Positions 28,950 through 43,190 of a stretch of 64,000 nt of DNA are shown piece by piece. The position numbers were made by a program, and so were the translations under genes. The first letter of the stretch is position 1. Every line of letters begins with the position of its first letter. The stretch is from the NCBI GenBank assembly GCA_964016885.1, contig OZ024752.1, positions 22,816,001-22,880,000 of the forward strand, in the 5' to 3' direction. This DNA comes from Eledone cirrhosa. Lineage: Eukaryota. A model generated the notes under the pieces. It made no database searches, had not been told where the DNA came from, and saw only the letters and a list, made by a program, of their open reading frames with translations.

Positions 28950-31900
28950 GAGAGATAACCCCTTAGCCTTTGTCAAGGCAGAATTCTAGGAGAAGGAAAA
29001 CTCTGATGTAACACCTGCAACCCTGATGGTATCCAATGATGTTGACTTGTTCTTCTTTTTAGTAAATATCATCTTGGTTAAGAGAGTGGGACTGGCTTTG
29101 TGCAGTGCCTTTGCTCACTATAAAAGCTTCACGGCACAGGCATTGCTTTATATCTAGAGATCTCTCTGCACTTGTCATCACAGGGTACCATGGGCCCAGC
29201 ACTATGTGTCAATAATTGTCACCAGTGTAGTGTTTGTACCAGAGTTTTCAAGTCGCTGGCTGGACTAAAAAGTCACACTCGTTCAGCGCATTGGTAGGGG
29301 TTCTCCTACATGGATATAAAGTAGTGGCCGTACTCGAAAACGAGTTGGCAGCCACCATATGTGGAATGTGATAATTGGGAAGATGAGCCAGCTCATAACC
29401 ACATCGGCAGTGAGGAACATGACCAATGCTGCAGTGGGAGAAGTAGGTTTTGCTTTCAGCACAAAAACCAGTCTATTGGTGAGGGAAATAATACCTGTCT
29501 CCCCGCGAGTGTTGAGGGTGACCTTCAATGGAAACGTAAGACTGACATTCATCTCAGCCTATAGTCCAACCGAGGGAGACACTGATGTGAGTGCAGAAGA
29601 GTTCCATGAGGAGGTGTGTAGAGCTGTCAACACCACACAAGCACACAACATCCTGCTTGTTTTGGGGGACTTCAATGCACATCTGAGTAAGGAGGGCAGT
29701 GAAGATCCTTGCTGGTACTTCCATAACAACACCAACCGAAATGGAAGACTACTGAGAGACACCCTGCTGGAGGCGAACTTGATAGCGACCAACCTAAGGT
29801 TTAGGAAGAATCCGGGGAAGATATGGACCTACATCTCAGATATGCACCTGTCCAAGTCCCAGATTGATTTCATTCTGGTGAGGAGGAAGTAGAGGAATAG
29901 TGTTCTGAACACAGAACCATACAACTATTTCAGTACACTGGGTAGTGACCACCGGCTTGTTATGAGTGAGGTCCGGGTGAGCTTAAGAAAAAGAAAGGCT
30001 CAGCCCCTGAGAGCAATCTATGACTGGGGAGCTTTCAAGGAAAATGATAAGCTACAGGAGAGGTTCCCAGTGAAGTGAGGAACAGGTTCAGTGCTCTGTG
30101 TGGAGAGACAGAGGAGAGAGAGATTGGATGGACCGAGGAGAGTGTGACGAGGAGGTACGGGCACTTCACCAATGCAGTGGCAGAAGCAAGTGTGACCCTG
30201 GTGCCGAGGAGAAAGAACAAAAGGAAGCACATCAGCTCTGCAGACCCAAAAGTGTGTGCAGCCAGAGAACACCTGAAAGCTGCCAAGGACCAATTCTATG
30301 CTGATCCTATGGAGGAGAGGATGGAGACTGTGGAGGTGATGAGGGAAGCACTCTGTACCGCTTACACTGAGGCCAGAGAGAAGGCACTGATAGAGATCAG
30401 AAGTGTGGAGAGAGCGGTTGACAGGTCTGGATGTAAGGAGAGCTGGATGATCATCAACGAGATCACAGGGAGGAAGAGAAGGTGTTCAAGTCAGATCCAG
30501 GGAACAGGGCCCGAGGATAGGAAGAGGAAATGGCTTGACCATTTTAGGACCCTACTAGGAGAGCCGCCCTCCACAGCCGAGAGCACTGGGGAGATCAGGC
30601 GGCTGTGTGAAGAACTGGATATTGAGACAGAGCCCTTCACCAGAGAGGAGCTTCAGAGAGCCAAGAAGAAGATCAAGGAGGGCAAGTCTCATGGAGAAGA
30701 TGGAGTAGGATCAGAGGTGATGAAGAGGTGTGATTTTGATGATATCATCCTGGGGTTCTGTAACCAGGCACTGGAGAAAGGAGTTGCTCCAAATCAGTGG
30801 AGGATCAGTAACATCGCCTCAGTGCCAACAGAAGGGAGATCTCTCTAACACCAACAACTACAGGGGGGATCTCACTGATGTCACTTGTGGCAAAGACCCT
30901 CAACAGGATGATTCTTAACAGGATCCAGCCTGAGATGGAAAAGAAGCTCAGGGACAACCAGAACGGCTTCAGAGAGGGAAGATCAACCAGCAGTCACATC
31001 CTGATGCTGAGCAGGATATTAGAGGGAGCTAGAGCAAATTGCCTTCCTGCGGTCATGGTTTTCATTGACTTTAGGAAGGCCTTTGATTCTGTGGACCATC
31101 ACTGCCTCATGAATATCTTACAGGCTTATGGAATCCCCAAGAAGATAGTGGACCTGATATCATTGCTCTACACCAACACCAAAGCCAAGTCATTACACCT
31201 GATGGGATGACAGAGTTCTTTGAGATACTGGCTGGAGTGCTCCAGGGAGATACATTGGCTCCCTACCTTTTTATCATCGTAGTGGACTATTGTGTGCGCC
31301 TTGCACTGGAGAAACACCAGGACTCTGGCTTTACTGTAGCACCGGTTCAGAGCAGGAGAGTTAAGGCAAAAAAGATATCGGATGCTGAATTTGCCGACGA
31401 CATAGTTTTGGTGACAAATACAGTGAAAGAGGCAGAGGATTTGATGCAGGAGGTTGAGACTGTGTTGATGAGTGTGGGGCTGAGAATGAATGAGACTAAA
31501 ACAAAATATCTGGTAGAGAATGTTGAGAAGCCAGAGGGCATCACTAATGTAGGCGGAAAGCTGCTAAAATTGGTTGAGGACTTCCTGTATTTGGGAGCAG
31601 CAAAGATTGGGAATACGGGAGATGATGTGGTTGAGAGGAAGAGCAAAGCCTGGGCGGTGTGACACAGCTTGAGATCGGTGTGGAAGTCGGACTTTTGTAA
31701 AGACCTGAAAATCCACCTCTTCGTTGCTGTAGTGGAGGTCTGAGACCTGGACACTGACCAAGAAACTCACTCAGATTGTGGATGGGTGCTACACGAAAAT
31801 GTTGAGGATGGCTCTGAACATTAATCAGTATACACTGAGGATGAAAAACTCAGAGCTGTATGGGAACCTCCCAAAAGTCAGCTCAAAAGTGACACAAAGG

Positions 31901-32134
31901 AGACTGAGGTTAGCTGGACATACTCACTGACATCCAGAGTTGACATTGCATTCAGTGCTCCTGTGGGAGCCCCTACATGGACACAGTGGAAGAGGAAGAC
32001 CAAGATTAACGTATGTTGATGCCCTAAGGACAGACACTGGTCTATTGGAGACACAGGACATGGCAGTGATAATGAGGGACAGAGACCGCTGGAGAGAACT
32101 CGTCCATGGATCTCAGGAATTTTACCCGCCCTAG
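28950..32134 (+). mobile_element. Decayed RTE-clade LINE of a second, unrelated family
   Basis: APE (SAYSPT, LGDFNAH, QIDFIL) and RT (NQNGFR, FIDFRKAFDSV, GVLQGDTLAPYLF, FADD, FLYLG) motifs, and C-terminal GRPRLTYVD. Several stops and frameshifts; no PHD-like insert. Confidence 0.88.
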
Positions 32135-32204
32135 AATATATGTGTATATATATATTTATGTATGTATTTATATATATATACATATATAAATATATGTATA
32201 TATA

Positions 32205-32235
<31 letters not shown>

Positions 32236-32264
32236 ATGTATATATATATGTATATATATATATA

Positions 32265-32460
32265 TCATCATCATCATCGTTTAACGTCCATCTTCCACGC
32301 TTGCATGGGTTTGGACGGGAGTTTTCCCACTTGAGGCAAGAGTGGTTGTCTTGCTCGCATAGGACTGTCTGGCGAGTTTTCTACGGCTGGATACCCTTCC
32401 TAACACCAACCACATTTACAGTATCGACTGGGAGGTTTTTACCGTGTTACCTACACGGCA
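32265..32460 (-). mobile_element. RTE-B 3' UTR fragment
   Basis: Reverse complement of the 3' UTR at ~52105-52305. Confidence 0.8.
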
Positions 32461-32586
32461 AAATATATATATATACATATATAAATATAAATATATGTAT
32501 ATATAAATATATGTATATATAAATATATGTATATAAAAATATAGGTATATATACATATATGTATATATACATATATGTATATATAT

Positions 32587-32620
<34 letters not shown>

Positions 32621-32624
<4 letters not shown>

Positions 32625-33700
32625 GAATTCACAAGAACCAAAGCTATGTTCACTTACAATTGTTTCATCCAAACCTAGGCTTGGAGTCTTCGGAGCATTT
32701 TTCAATGTTTGTACACATAATTGACCTCCTTTCCAACTCAAGAGACATACAGATACATATTTATATATTGATGTACCGTGGCATATATTATACTATACTA
32801 TTCAAGTTTAACATAAAAATAAAAATAAAAATAAAAATAAAAATAAAAATTAAAATACATTTGGCAGATAACACAGATAATGCAAGAGGATAGTTTGATA
32901 AACCGCTGTAAATTCTCGCAGCAGAATCAACCTATTCTATAAACTTGAATTAAATAACACAGCCTCAATACACTAAAATAATTTATTTTAATGCATCAAA
33001 CATTCAATACGGAATCATCGTTACTTATGTGATGGATGTAGAAACTATATCTTACCTTTTCTGAATGTGAAAATGATGGTGGATACGAAAACCATAACTT
33101 TCTTTTGCTTCTTCTTTTTATTTTTTATTTCCTGCACACATACTTTTTTGTTCTATACAAAAAATACCTTACCACTACAACCACCATAATAATCTTGCTT
33201 ACCCGCTTAAAGTGATTGCATTACGTGTAACACCCTGCCACACAATAATAGTATAAAAATGAGACACACTTGCATGCTCCACGTGTAACTAATGCATACA
33301 CTACCTACTAGACCTGACTATCAAACTATCCTCTTGCATTATCTGTGTTATCTGCCGAATGTATTTTAATTTTAATTTTAATTTTTATTTTAATTTTAAT
33401 TTTAATTTTAATTTTTATTTTTATTTTTATTTTTATTTTGAACTTGAATAGTATAGTATAATATATGCCACTCCACTCTACATCAATATATATATATGTA
33501 TCTGTATGTCTCTTGCGTTGGAAAGGTGGTCAATTATGTGTACAAACATTGAAAAATGCTCCGAAGACTCCAAGCCTAGGTTTGGATGAAACAATTGTAA
33601 GTGAATAAATGCTTTGAACATAGCTTTGATTCTTGTGAATTCTATATAACTGCTCTGTAGAACAACTGATGTTATTACATTGAGCTATTTATCTTACTGG
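32621..33700 (+). mobile_element. Short PLE 3' remnant with ~280-bp inverted arms
   Basis: Arms 32621-32900 / 33319-33647 each carry a hammerhead-like motif. The spacer weakly resembles a PLE endonuclease C-terminus (RCK..AES..SLN..CIKH). Confidence 0.65.
33557..33603 (+). ncRNA. Hammerhead-like motif, family D (U4C); mirror at 32651-32697 (-)
   Basis: tgct-CCGAAGA-c-tccaagcc ta ggtttgga-t-GAAA-caattg-TA-agtg. Palindromic stem III; GUA site. Confidence 0.65.
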
Positions 33701-33871
33701 TAATAAGGTAGTAATAAATTACTGGCCTTCACGCTTTAGGGTTTAAAATATACATAACTATAAAAAGTTTTAATATATACATAACCATAAATAGTATCAC
33801 TAATATTATATATATATATATATATATCAATGATATTAAATAAATGGAAACTATATTTATAAAACCATATT

Positions 33872-33932
33872 TATTCTATTATATATATTTCAAGGGTACC
33901 AAAACTTTGGTACACTCTTATCAGATAAAATA
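33872..33932 (-). ncRNA. Family E hammerhead motif with G8A core mutation
   Basis: Reverse complement: tattttat-CTGATAA-gagtgtaccaaa gt tttggtaccctt-GAAA-tatata-TA-atagaata. Confidence 0.65.
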
Positions 33933-35853
33933 CAAAGTTTGTTTTATAAATATTGACATATCCAGGAAGGAGATCTTAATGGTTCAAGTTTTTCCTGGAT
34001 AGTAAAAGGGGAAAGAGAGGAAAAATCAAATATTTCAAATTATTGAGATGAATATGCAAATGAGGTTGAGGTATAGGGCTGAAAAAAAAAGGTTAAATTT
34101 TTAGATGCTAGGTAGATTTAAATAATTATTAGGATAAATATATTTATGTGTAGGAAGAAGAAAGAGAAAGAAAGAAAAGCTTGTATTTACGTGAATTTAA
34201 AAAGAATTAACAGTTTGTAGCAATGGTGAAATATGATTGTAGAATTTAAAAAATAATTTAGCTATATTATGAGTTATAATATTATATATATATGAAGAAT
34301 TATGGTTGTAAGTACATTTTATCTTATTACAGTGCAACAGGTTGTAAGTATATAAATATCTATATAGATTAATAATTGTGCAAGTATAAATATTATTGGT
34401 GATTTTATAGAAATAAACCACACGTATTAATTGTTTACATTTCTAATATAAGTTACGAAGGGTGTTGATTTTATATTTTACATAAATATTTAAGGAAAAG
34501 ACGTACTTCAAGTTGTAAGAGAAGAACAATTTGTAGATTCAAATATTTTCCTCCAACATTGAAAATGTTTTCAGAACATTGTTAATTTAGCGAAATTATA
34601 TAATTTATCATACAAGTTATCATGTCTATGTTTGCTCAGTTTTAAAGGAAAAGATAACTCCAATATTATTTGCAATTTAAATTTGATGAAAGATTTTCTT
34701 AGAAAGTATGTAGAGAAAATTATATATTATTTTGTCTGAGATTATAAGGTACTTTATATTATATGTCTTTCAAGGATGAGAATTTCTATTACATATTATT
34801 TAGGTCGAAAGATGTGTGAAAATATTGAAGATCAAAGAGGGGAAAAAATGTATTATTAGGTAAGTCAAGAGTGCATTTAGAAGAACTATCGTAAAGAGGA
34901 TTCTTTCAGAATGTCAATTAAAGAGTATCAATCTAAATCTAAAAAATAGATTAAGAAGAGTATCATGAGGAAAAGAATATCAAATGGTAAAAATACTAAA
35001 TTTAAGAAGGAAGATCATTTAAAAAATTTAAATTTTTTTTAAAGAAAAACTCAGTAAATAATAGCATCATTTTAAAGGTGTATAAGATATATAGTCAAGT
35101 GTAATGAATATCATAGATTAAAAATACTTTGTAAAGTGGATTTTTGGCGATGTCGGCAAGAAGTAAATAATTCTGTTTTTTAATTAATAGAGTTTTGACA
35201 GTTAATTATATAAAAAATTTCCTCGATACATAAATGACAGATTCTTGAGAAAGCCATATTTTGGTGTTCAGGTGCTTTCGAAATCATTCCCCAAGATATT
35301 GAATAGTCTATATTGTTGTCCTTTAAATTCCAAATTAGATGTGAAAGTGAAGTGGAAGATTTTTTATCGGACCTATTAAATGTATGTTTGTGGTTGTACC
35401 AACGTTCTTTGAATTTTGTAGAAGTGACACCTATATAGTTAAATATTTTGTCTCTAGTTTTAACTGCGCATTTATAAATTAAGTTTTTGTCTAAGCAATT
35501 ATTTTGTACAGGGCAGTTTGATTTAATTCTACAGTTACATTTTCTGTAGTTGTTGTTACTAGGAAAGGTACTATTATTATGAATATTGTTATTAGAAATA
35601 TTATTATTGCTAGCTTGGTTTGTTTGGTTAGGGTTTACATTTAAGTTTCTATTATTAATTCTATTTATATTTTGTGCTATGTTCATAGTAGTAGAGTAGG
35701 ATAGTTTTATAGTGTGTTAAAAATAGAGTTGTATCTGTGCTTCGAATCAGTCATAAACATATATATTTGTTGAATTACCAACAAATTAAATATATATATG
35801 TGTGTGTATGTATATATATGTATATATATATACAGTATATATATATATGTGTG

Positions 35854-35904
<51 letters not shown>

Positions 35905-36084
35905 ATGTATATATATATATATGTGTGTGTGTGTGTATATATATAAGCAAAAGGGATATTCAATTTGTTGGTAATTCAACAAATATAAATGTTTATAACT
36001 GATTCAAAGCACACAACACTATCCAGGAAAACTTGAACCGTTAAGTTCTTCCTGGTTATGTCAATATTTGTAAAACAAACTTTG

Positions 36085-36145
36085 TATTTTATCTGATGAG
36101 TGCATACCAAAGTTTTGGTACCCTTGAAATATATATAATAGAATA
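36085..36145 (+). ncRNA. Type I hammerhead motif, family E
   Basis: tattttat-CTGATGA-..taccaaa gt tttggta..-GAAA-tatata-TA-atagaata. 8-bp stem I; base of stem II is mismatched. Confidence 0.72.
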
Positions 36146-36197
36146 AATATGGTTTTATAAATATAGTTTCCATTTATTTAATATTATTGTATATATA

Positions 36198-37082
36198 CGA
36201 GGTGTGTCAGAAAGGTTCCAGGACTGATGTCACAAAAGATTTATTTCAAACCCAAACTTCACACTAAGATTTTCTTCTTCAAAGTAATCCCCCTGGAGTC
36301 TAATGCACTTTTCCATCCTTTCCTGCCACGCTTGCATGCACTCCTGGAAGGTTTCTTCCGGGATCCTCCGCTGTTCCGTCGTTACGGCCTTTTTGATGTC
36401 ATCCACGTCTTCAAAACGGGTCGCCTCCGAGTCGTACTCGAAGATCCATGACTCATCACCAGTGATGACTGTCCCTAGCAAGTCTGGTTCGGTTTCAAGA
36501 TGCTCGAGGATGTCCTGGCACACTTACATGCGTCGACGCTTCTGGTCATCGTTCAGCAGTTTTGGCACCATTGTCGCGCAGACTTTCCACATGTCCAAAC
36601 TTCAGTGAGAATCTTCCAGACGCTGCCCAGCTCATTTGCGCTCAGTCGAACAGTCAGCCGACGATTGCTACGCACCATCTGCCTAACGCGTTCAACGTTG
36701 ACCTCAGTCCTGGTTGATGAGGGCCTTCCACCCCTGGGGTCATCTTCCATGCCCTCACGTCCTTCTTTAAACCTCTTGCACCACTCAAAAACACGTGAGC
36801 GTGACATCGTCTCATCTCCATACACCTGCTGCAGCAGAGTTTTCATCAACCATACCAGAAATTTCAAGTTTGTTCGTTGCACTGTGCTCATTGCTTGATG
36901 ACCTGAAACAGAGGACATGTATATAAAATTATGAAGAAAAAAGTTTGATCGTTGCAGAGAGCTAAGATTACAGTTACATACTCCAGGGGGATTACTTTGA
37001 AGGAGAAAGCTCTTAGTGTGAAGTTTGGGTCTGAAATAAATCTTTTGTGACATCAATCCTGGAACTTTTCTGACACACCTTG
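36198..37082 (-). mobile_element. Internally deleted mariner element
   Basis: ~100-bp terminal inverted repeats (36198-36300 / 36980-37082) with TA flanks. Motifs [39 protein letters not shown] and CIRLQGDYFE. Confidence 0.9.
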
Positions 37083-37126
37083 AATATATGTATATATATG
37101 TATATATATATATGTATATATAAATG

Positions 37127-37157
<31 letters not shown>

Positions 37158-38038
37158 GTATATATATATATGTATATATATATATGTATATATATGTATA
37201 TATATATATGTATATATATGTATATATATATATATGTATATATATGTATATATATATATATAACTTATGTTTATAGCTCTGGTATCTTCATATCCATTGA
37301 GCGCTTGCCAACACAATTCGGAAGTTGCGATTTGCTAATTTCTATTCGCCGAAAGCGATTTCCGCTAAATTTATATTTGTATATGTATATATATATATAT
37401 ATCACGAGAAATTAACGGAGCCATAGACTCGTTATTCCCTGTCAATTATGTGCTTAAAGGAAAAGGAATCCTGAGCTCTTTAAAATACAATATGTTGAAA
37501 AGGTAACACACTAGAGAGAGATCGTGTGCCATCAATAAAACAGGGAAACCCACCAGTGTATGGAGTCTATAACCTATGGAATGCAGGGTAGACACACAAT
37601 AATTAAAAATATAAATTAAAATACATATACGCACCTCTATAACTATATAACACACGCGTACAAATAGATCTGTTTCACCAGGAAATTGTTGACTGAAATG
37701 GAATCGTCTATGGGTCATCAGCGCGTGCAAGACTATACATTCCAGACAACTGTCCAGCAACACACGCCAGAGAGATGTGACAGCGTGTGTAGGACAGTGA
37801 ACCAGTGGTATGTGAAGGACGAGCTGCTAGAAAGGGCAGCCCAAAAACCACTCAAAGAAATGTGCTCAACCAAAGAGAGAGAGGAAAGACTGTTATAAGG
37901 AGCGAAATATAACGATAAATTAACGGAGCCATAGACTCGCGCTATTCCCTGTAAATTATGTGCTCAAAGGAGAGGGAATCCTGAGCTCTAAATGGCACAC
38001 AATCTCTCTCTCTCTCTAGTGTGTTACCTTTTCAACAT

Positions 38039-38080
<42 letters not shown>

Positions 38081-38134
38081 ATTATATATATATATATGTA
38101 TATATATATGTATCTATATATGTGTGTAAATATA

Positions 38135-40642
38135 CAGCCGAGTCCGCTTAAGAGTATACCCTCGGGAATGGAAAATAGTATACTCTTATCCTGACTAAGT
38201 AAAAATATTCCATAGTATTATTATTTTGAGTCTTTCAATGATTAAAAATCGCTTTATTATTGTTTAAAATACATTTATAAGTTAAAAAAATGAAAGTTAC
38301 ACCAAAAAATTCAACAAGAATTATTGCAAATTATAGATAAATTAAGCAATATTTCAACTTATTGGTACGCAATTTTTATTTCCTAAAAATAGTCCAAAAT
38401 GCTTCTTTGTACTCGATTGCTCGCAATGTTTTTTTCAATCAAATCCTCGATCTCAGACAGAGTATAATTTTCAAAACTTTCAAACGATTGCATCATATAG
38501 GACCGTACAGTCAACAAAGCATTTATTCCTTCTTTTCCAGAGATCTAAAATATTGTTAAACTATTAAAGTTATGTTAGGTACCTATGGACATTCATATTA
38601 TAAATATAAAAATAATACATACTAACATTTCTAGTTAATTCGGTTTCAATATAATCTACTTCTTCCTCCTCTTCTATTATCATGTGCTCGTTTTGAACTT
38701 CCAAACATATTTCAGCATCAGTTAAATCACCATTGCACGGCTCGCTGACATCACAATCGATGAATTCGGGTTCCAATTGAGGAATATTGGCATCATCACT
38801 CTCAATTAATACATCGTTCAACTCGACTTCAATTTCATTGTGAAAACCCGCTTTTTTATAGCAATTGACAATCGTCGTATATTTGCATAGACAAAAGAAC
38901 ATGAACAGATTTTTCAAATTCAGTTACGCTCTTCCTATTTTCTATTGCCACCAATAACTTTCACACAATTTGTGTACGATAATGCACTTTCACAGCACGT
39001 ATTATCCCCTTATCAAGGGGCTGAATTAATGAGGTCGTATTTGGAGGTAAAAATACGATTTTTACGTTTTCAAAATGATTTTCAATTTTATGACAGCTTG
39101 CATTGTCTGCAAAATTAATGATTTTTCGTTTTTGGCCACGCATTTTTTTGTCAAATTGTGCAATAATTTCCAGCCAAATGTTTTTCGTCATCCAAGCTTT
39201 TGAATTACTATAATATGGTTGAGGTGCATTTTTATTCAGCATACAACGAGGTCGTTGAAATTTTCCGATGACAGATGCGTGTTTTTCAGTTCCATCGGAA
39301 TTGACTGCTAAGAGAATGGTGAGTCTGTCTTTTGTGGTTTTTCTACCCGTTGGATTTGTTCCAGAGACAGCTAGTGTACCAGATGGAAGTGCTTTAAAAA
39401 AAAGACCAGATTCATCGAAATTATACACATCCTTTGGTGAATAGCCGTCAATTTCCTTGGTATAAATTGTTTCTATCCAATGTTTGGCACATAAGTGATC
39501 AGCGACAGCTCTTTCACCATGCACTTTCATGAATTTTATATTTTCACGCTTTTTAAGTCTCTCTAACCAACCATGAGATGGTTCAAAATTGGGAATTCCC
39601 AAAGTTTGTGCAAATATTTTTGCCTTTTCAAGCATCATAGAGCCATTGATCGGAACATTTTGACTTCTCATTTGGTGAAACCATTTTATGAATGCATCTT
39701 TCAATCCTTGATGATCAACTCATCTTCTACGTTTCGCATGCAAATTCACATTTGATAGAGCCAATTTTTGATATTTTTTCTCGTTTTTCTTTTAATTCTG
39801 GAGATGGCTGGTTGACTGCAATTGAAATTTATTAGACAATTCATTTTGTGACTTGGCAGATTTCAATTCATCCAAAATAGCAATTTTTTTAGTAATGTAT
39901 AAAGCAGAGCGTTTCAAAGACATTTTTATGACACAATGAATTATTATTTTTGTATTTGCATATATTAAACTTTAAATTGCTTTTAGAATGGTTGTATAAA
40001 TGACATCATCGCATTTCATTTTGAATTGTTTTAAAATGGTTATGTTACATTATAAGCCCAATTTACTTTACCCTATTCATTGTAGTGACGTGGTTAGTGG
40101 GTCTGGTCACTACTTCTGATCGGACACGAGAATAACCCTTAAAAGGACTGTTATCACATATGGTCTGATCGGATCTGAGGATAGCCCTTAAAAGGACTGT
40201 TGTCACATACGGTAAGGATGAACAGACGAAGGAAGAAGTTGAACGGACGAGCAAGGCGAGAGATGTAGTTTTCGGTCAACTATTTATTTTCATACATGAA
40301 GTGTGTAAGTGACAAGTGTGTCAGAGGAGAGGAACAACGATACATGAGATGACCCTGCCAAAGGTCGACTGTGTTTGAAACCACTCTATTTATACAAAAA
40401 TAATCGTTTGATGTTTAGCCGCTGCGTAGGCATTTTATTTTGGTGGCTTAAGGGTTGTTTGTTTCATGGTAGCTAAGCAGATAGATAGTTATTTATTTCA
40501 CAGATGTTATTTCCGGTGGCTGTACATACTCTTATTGAGACTAAATTATATAGAAAATATATAAACGGGAATTGATTATGCTATTCTCTTATGCAAACTA
40601 TACTCTTATCCGATATACTCTTAAGCGGACCCATGCACTGTA
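38135..40642 (-). mobile_element. pogo/Tigger DNA transposon with a frameshifted transposase
   Basis: Imperfect TIRs (cagccgagtccgcttaagagtata / tatactcttaagcggacccatgcactg) with TA flanks. CENP-B-type HTH (FEPSHGWLERLK) and DDE motifs (YNFDESGLF, KDRLTILL, NSKAWMT, DNASCH, LPPNTTSLIQPLD). Confidence 0.88.
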
Positions 40643-40699
40643 CAAAACATAGGACATAAATTCGGGAATTGATCATGCTATATTCTTAAGAGAACTATA

Positions 40700-40743
<44 letters not shown>

Positions 40744-40821
40744 AAACCCATGCAAGGCGTGGAAGATGGACGTTAAACGATGATGATGATATATACATAT
40801 ATATATATATATTTAAATATA

Positions 40822-41190
40822 TCATCATCACCGTTTTACGTCCGTTCTTCCACGCTAGCATGGGTTAGACGGGTTGTCCTGTTGTGGGCAGTGTCTGGTC
40901 GGCTGACCATGCCTTGCTCATACAGGAACTGATCTGGCTTGATTTCTACAGCTGGATGCCCTTCCTAACACCAACCTCATTTACAGTGAGTGCTGGGTGC
41001 TTTTTCGTGGCGCCTACACGTCCACTTTACAGTGTGGGCTGGGTGCTTTTTTGCCGTGGCACCTCCACGACCACCTTGCGGTGGGGGCATATTGTTTATA
41101 TGCTTCAGCATGTACCCATGGGAGGTCGGGTACCCTGTATTACTGCGTGACGCCAGAAGTCACGGTCGTGTGTCATTGACTTTGAGAGGT
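40822..41190 (-). mobile_element. RTE-A 3' end fragment
   Basis: Reverse complement of ~13180-13555. Confidence 0.88.
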
Positions 41191-41663
41191 ATATATAGTT
41201 AAAAGAATAGAGGTGTAACACACAAGTTATTATATATTGGTAAACGGAATAGAAAATGCTGACAAATTGTTCACAGTTGAAAAATGGTTTAATTAGGAAT
41301 AAAAGAGTATTAGTGATTGTATGGGTTAGTATTCAGTTGTGGTTTTAAGTTTTTAAGTTTTTACCGGTTGCGCATTTCTAAATGCTTTTCAAAAATAATT
41401 TTGAGATAGAGTGTCCGTGCTGTTTGCTCTGATCTGAGTAAACAGCACGGACACTCTATCTCAAAATTATTTTTGAAAAGCATTTAGAAATGCGCAACCG
41501 GTAAAAACTTAAAAACTTAAAACCACAACTGAATACTAACCCATACAATCACTAATAATCTTTTATTCCTAATTAAACCATTTTTCAACTGTGAACAATT
41601 TGTCAGCATTTTCTATTCCGTTTACCAATATATAATAACTTGTGTGTTACACCTCTATTCTTT

Positions 41664-41672
<9 letters not shown>
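41190..41672. repeat. ~240-bp-arm palindrome with a ~6-nt loop
   Basis: Centre gtgctgtttgctc-tgatct-gagtaaacagcac; the left arm is a direct copy of 5108-5354. Confidence 0.92.

Positions 41673-43190
<1,518 letters not shown>

Larger units (their letters stand above)
33820..36190 (-). mobile_element. 5'-truncated PLE (GIY-YIG + 3' region) with inverted terminal copy
   Basis: ORF 35180-35686 (CNCRIKSNCP, LIYKC, YIGVT, CHLC), followed by a KTELFTSCRH-type end. 33825-33995 is inverted relative to 36015-36190. Confidence 0.85.

Noticed and set aside
28950-29050. HDV-like ribozyme at the 5' end of the second RTE family
   Set aside because: Such ribozymes are known in some RTEs, but I could not draw the nested double pseudoknot here; a covariance-model search is needed.
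40081-40344. Possible solo LTR (TGTA...TACA) inside the pogo element
   Set aside because: No matching target-site duplication, primer binding site or second copy.
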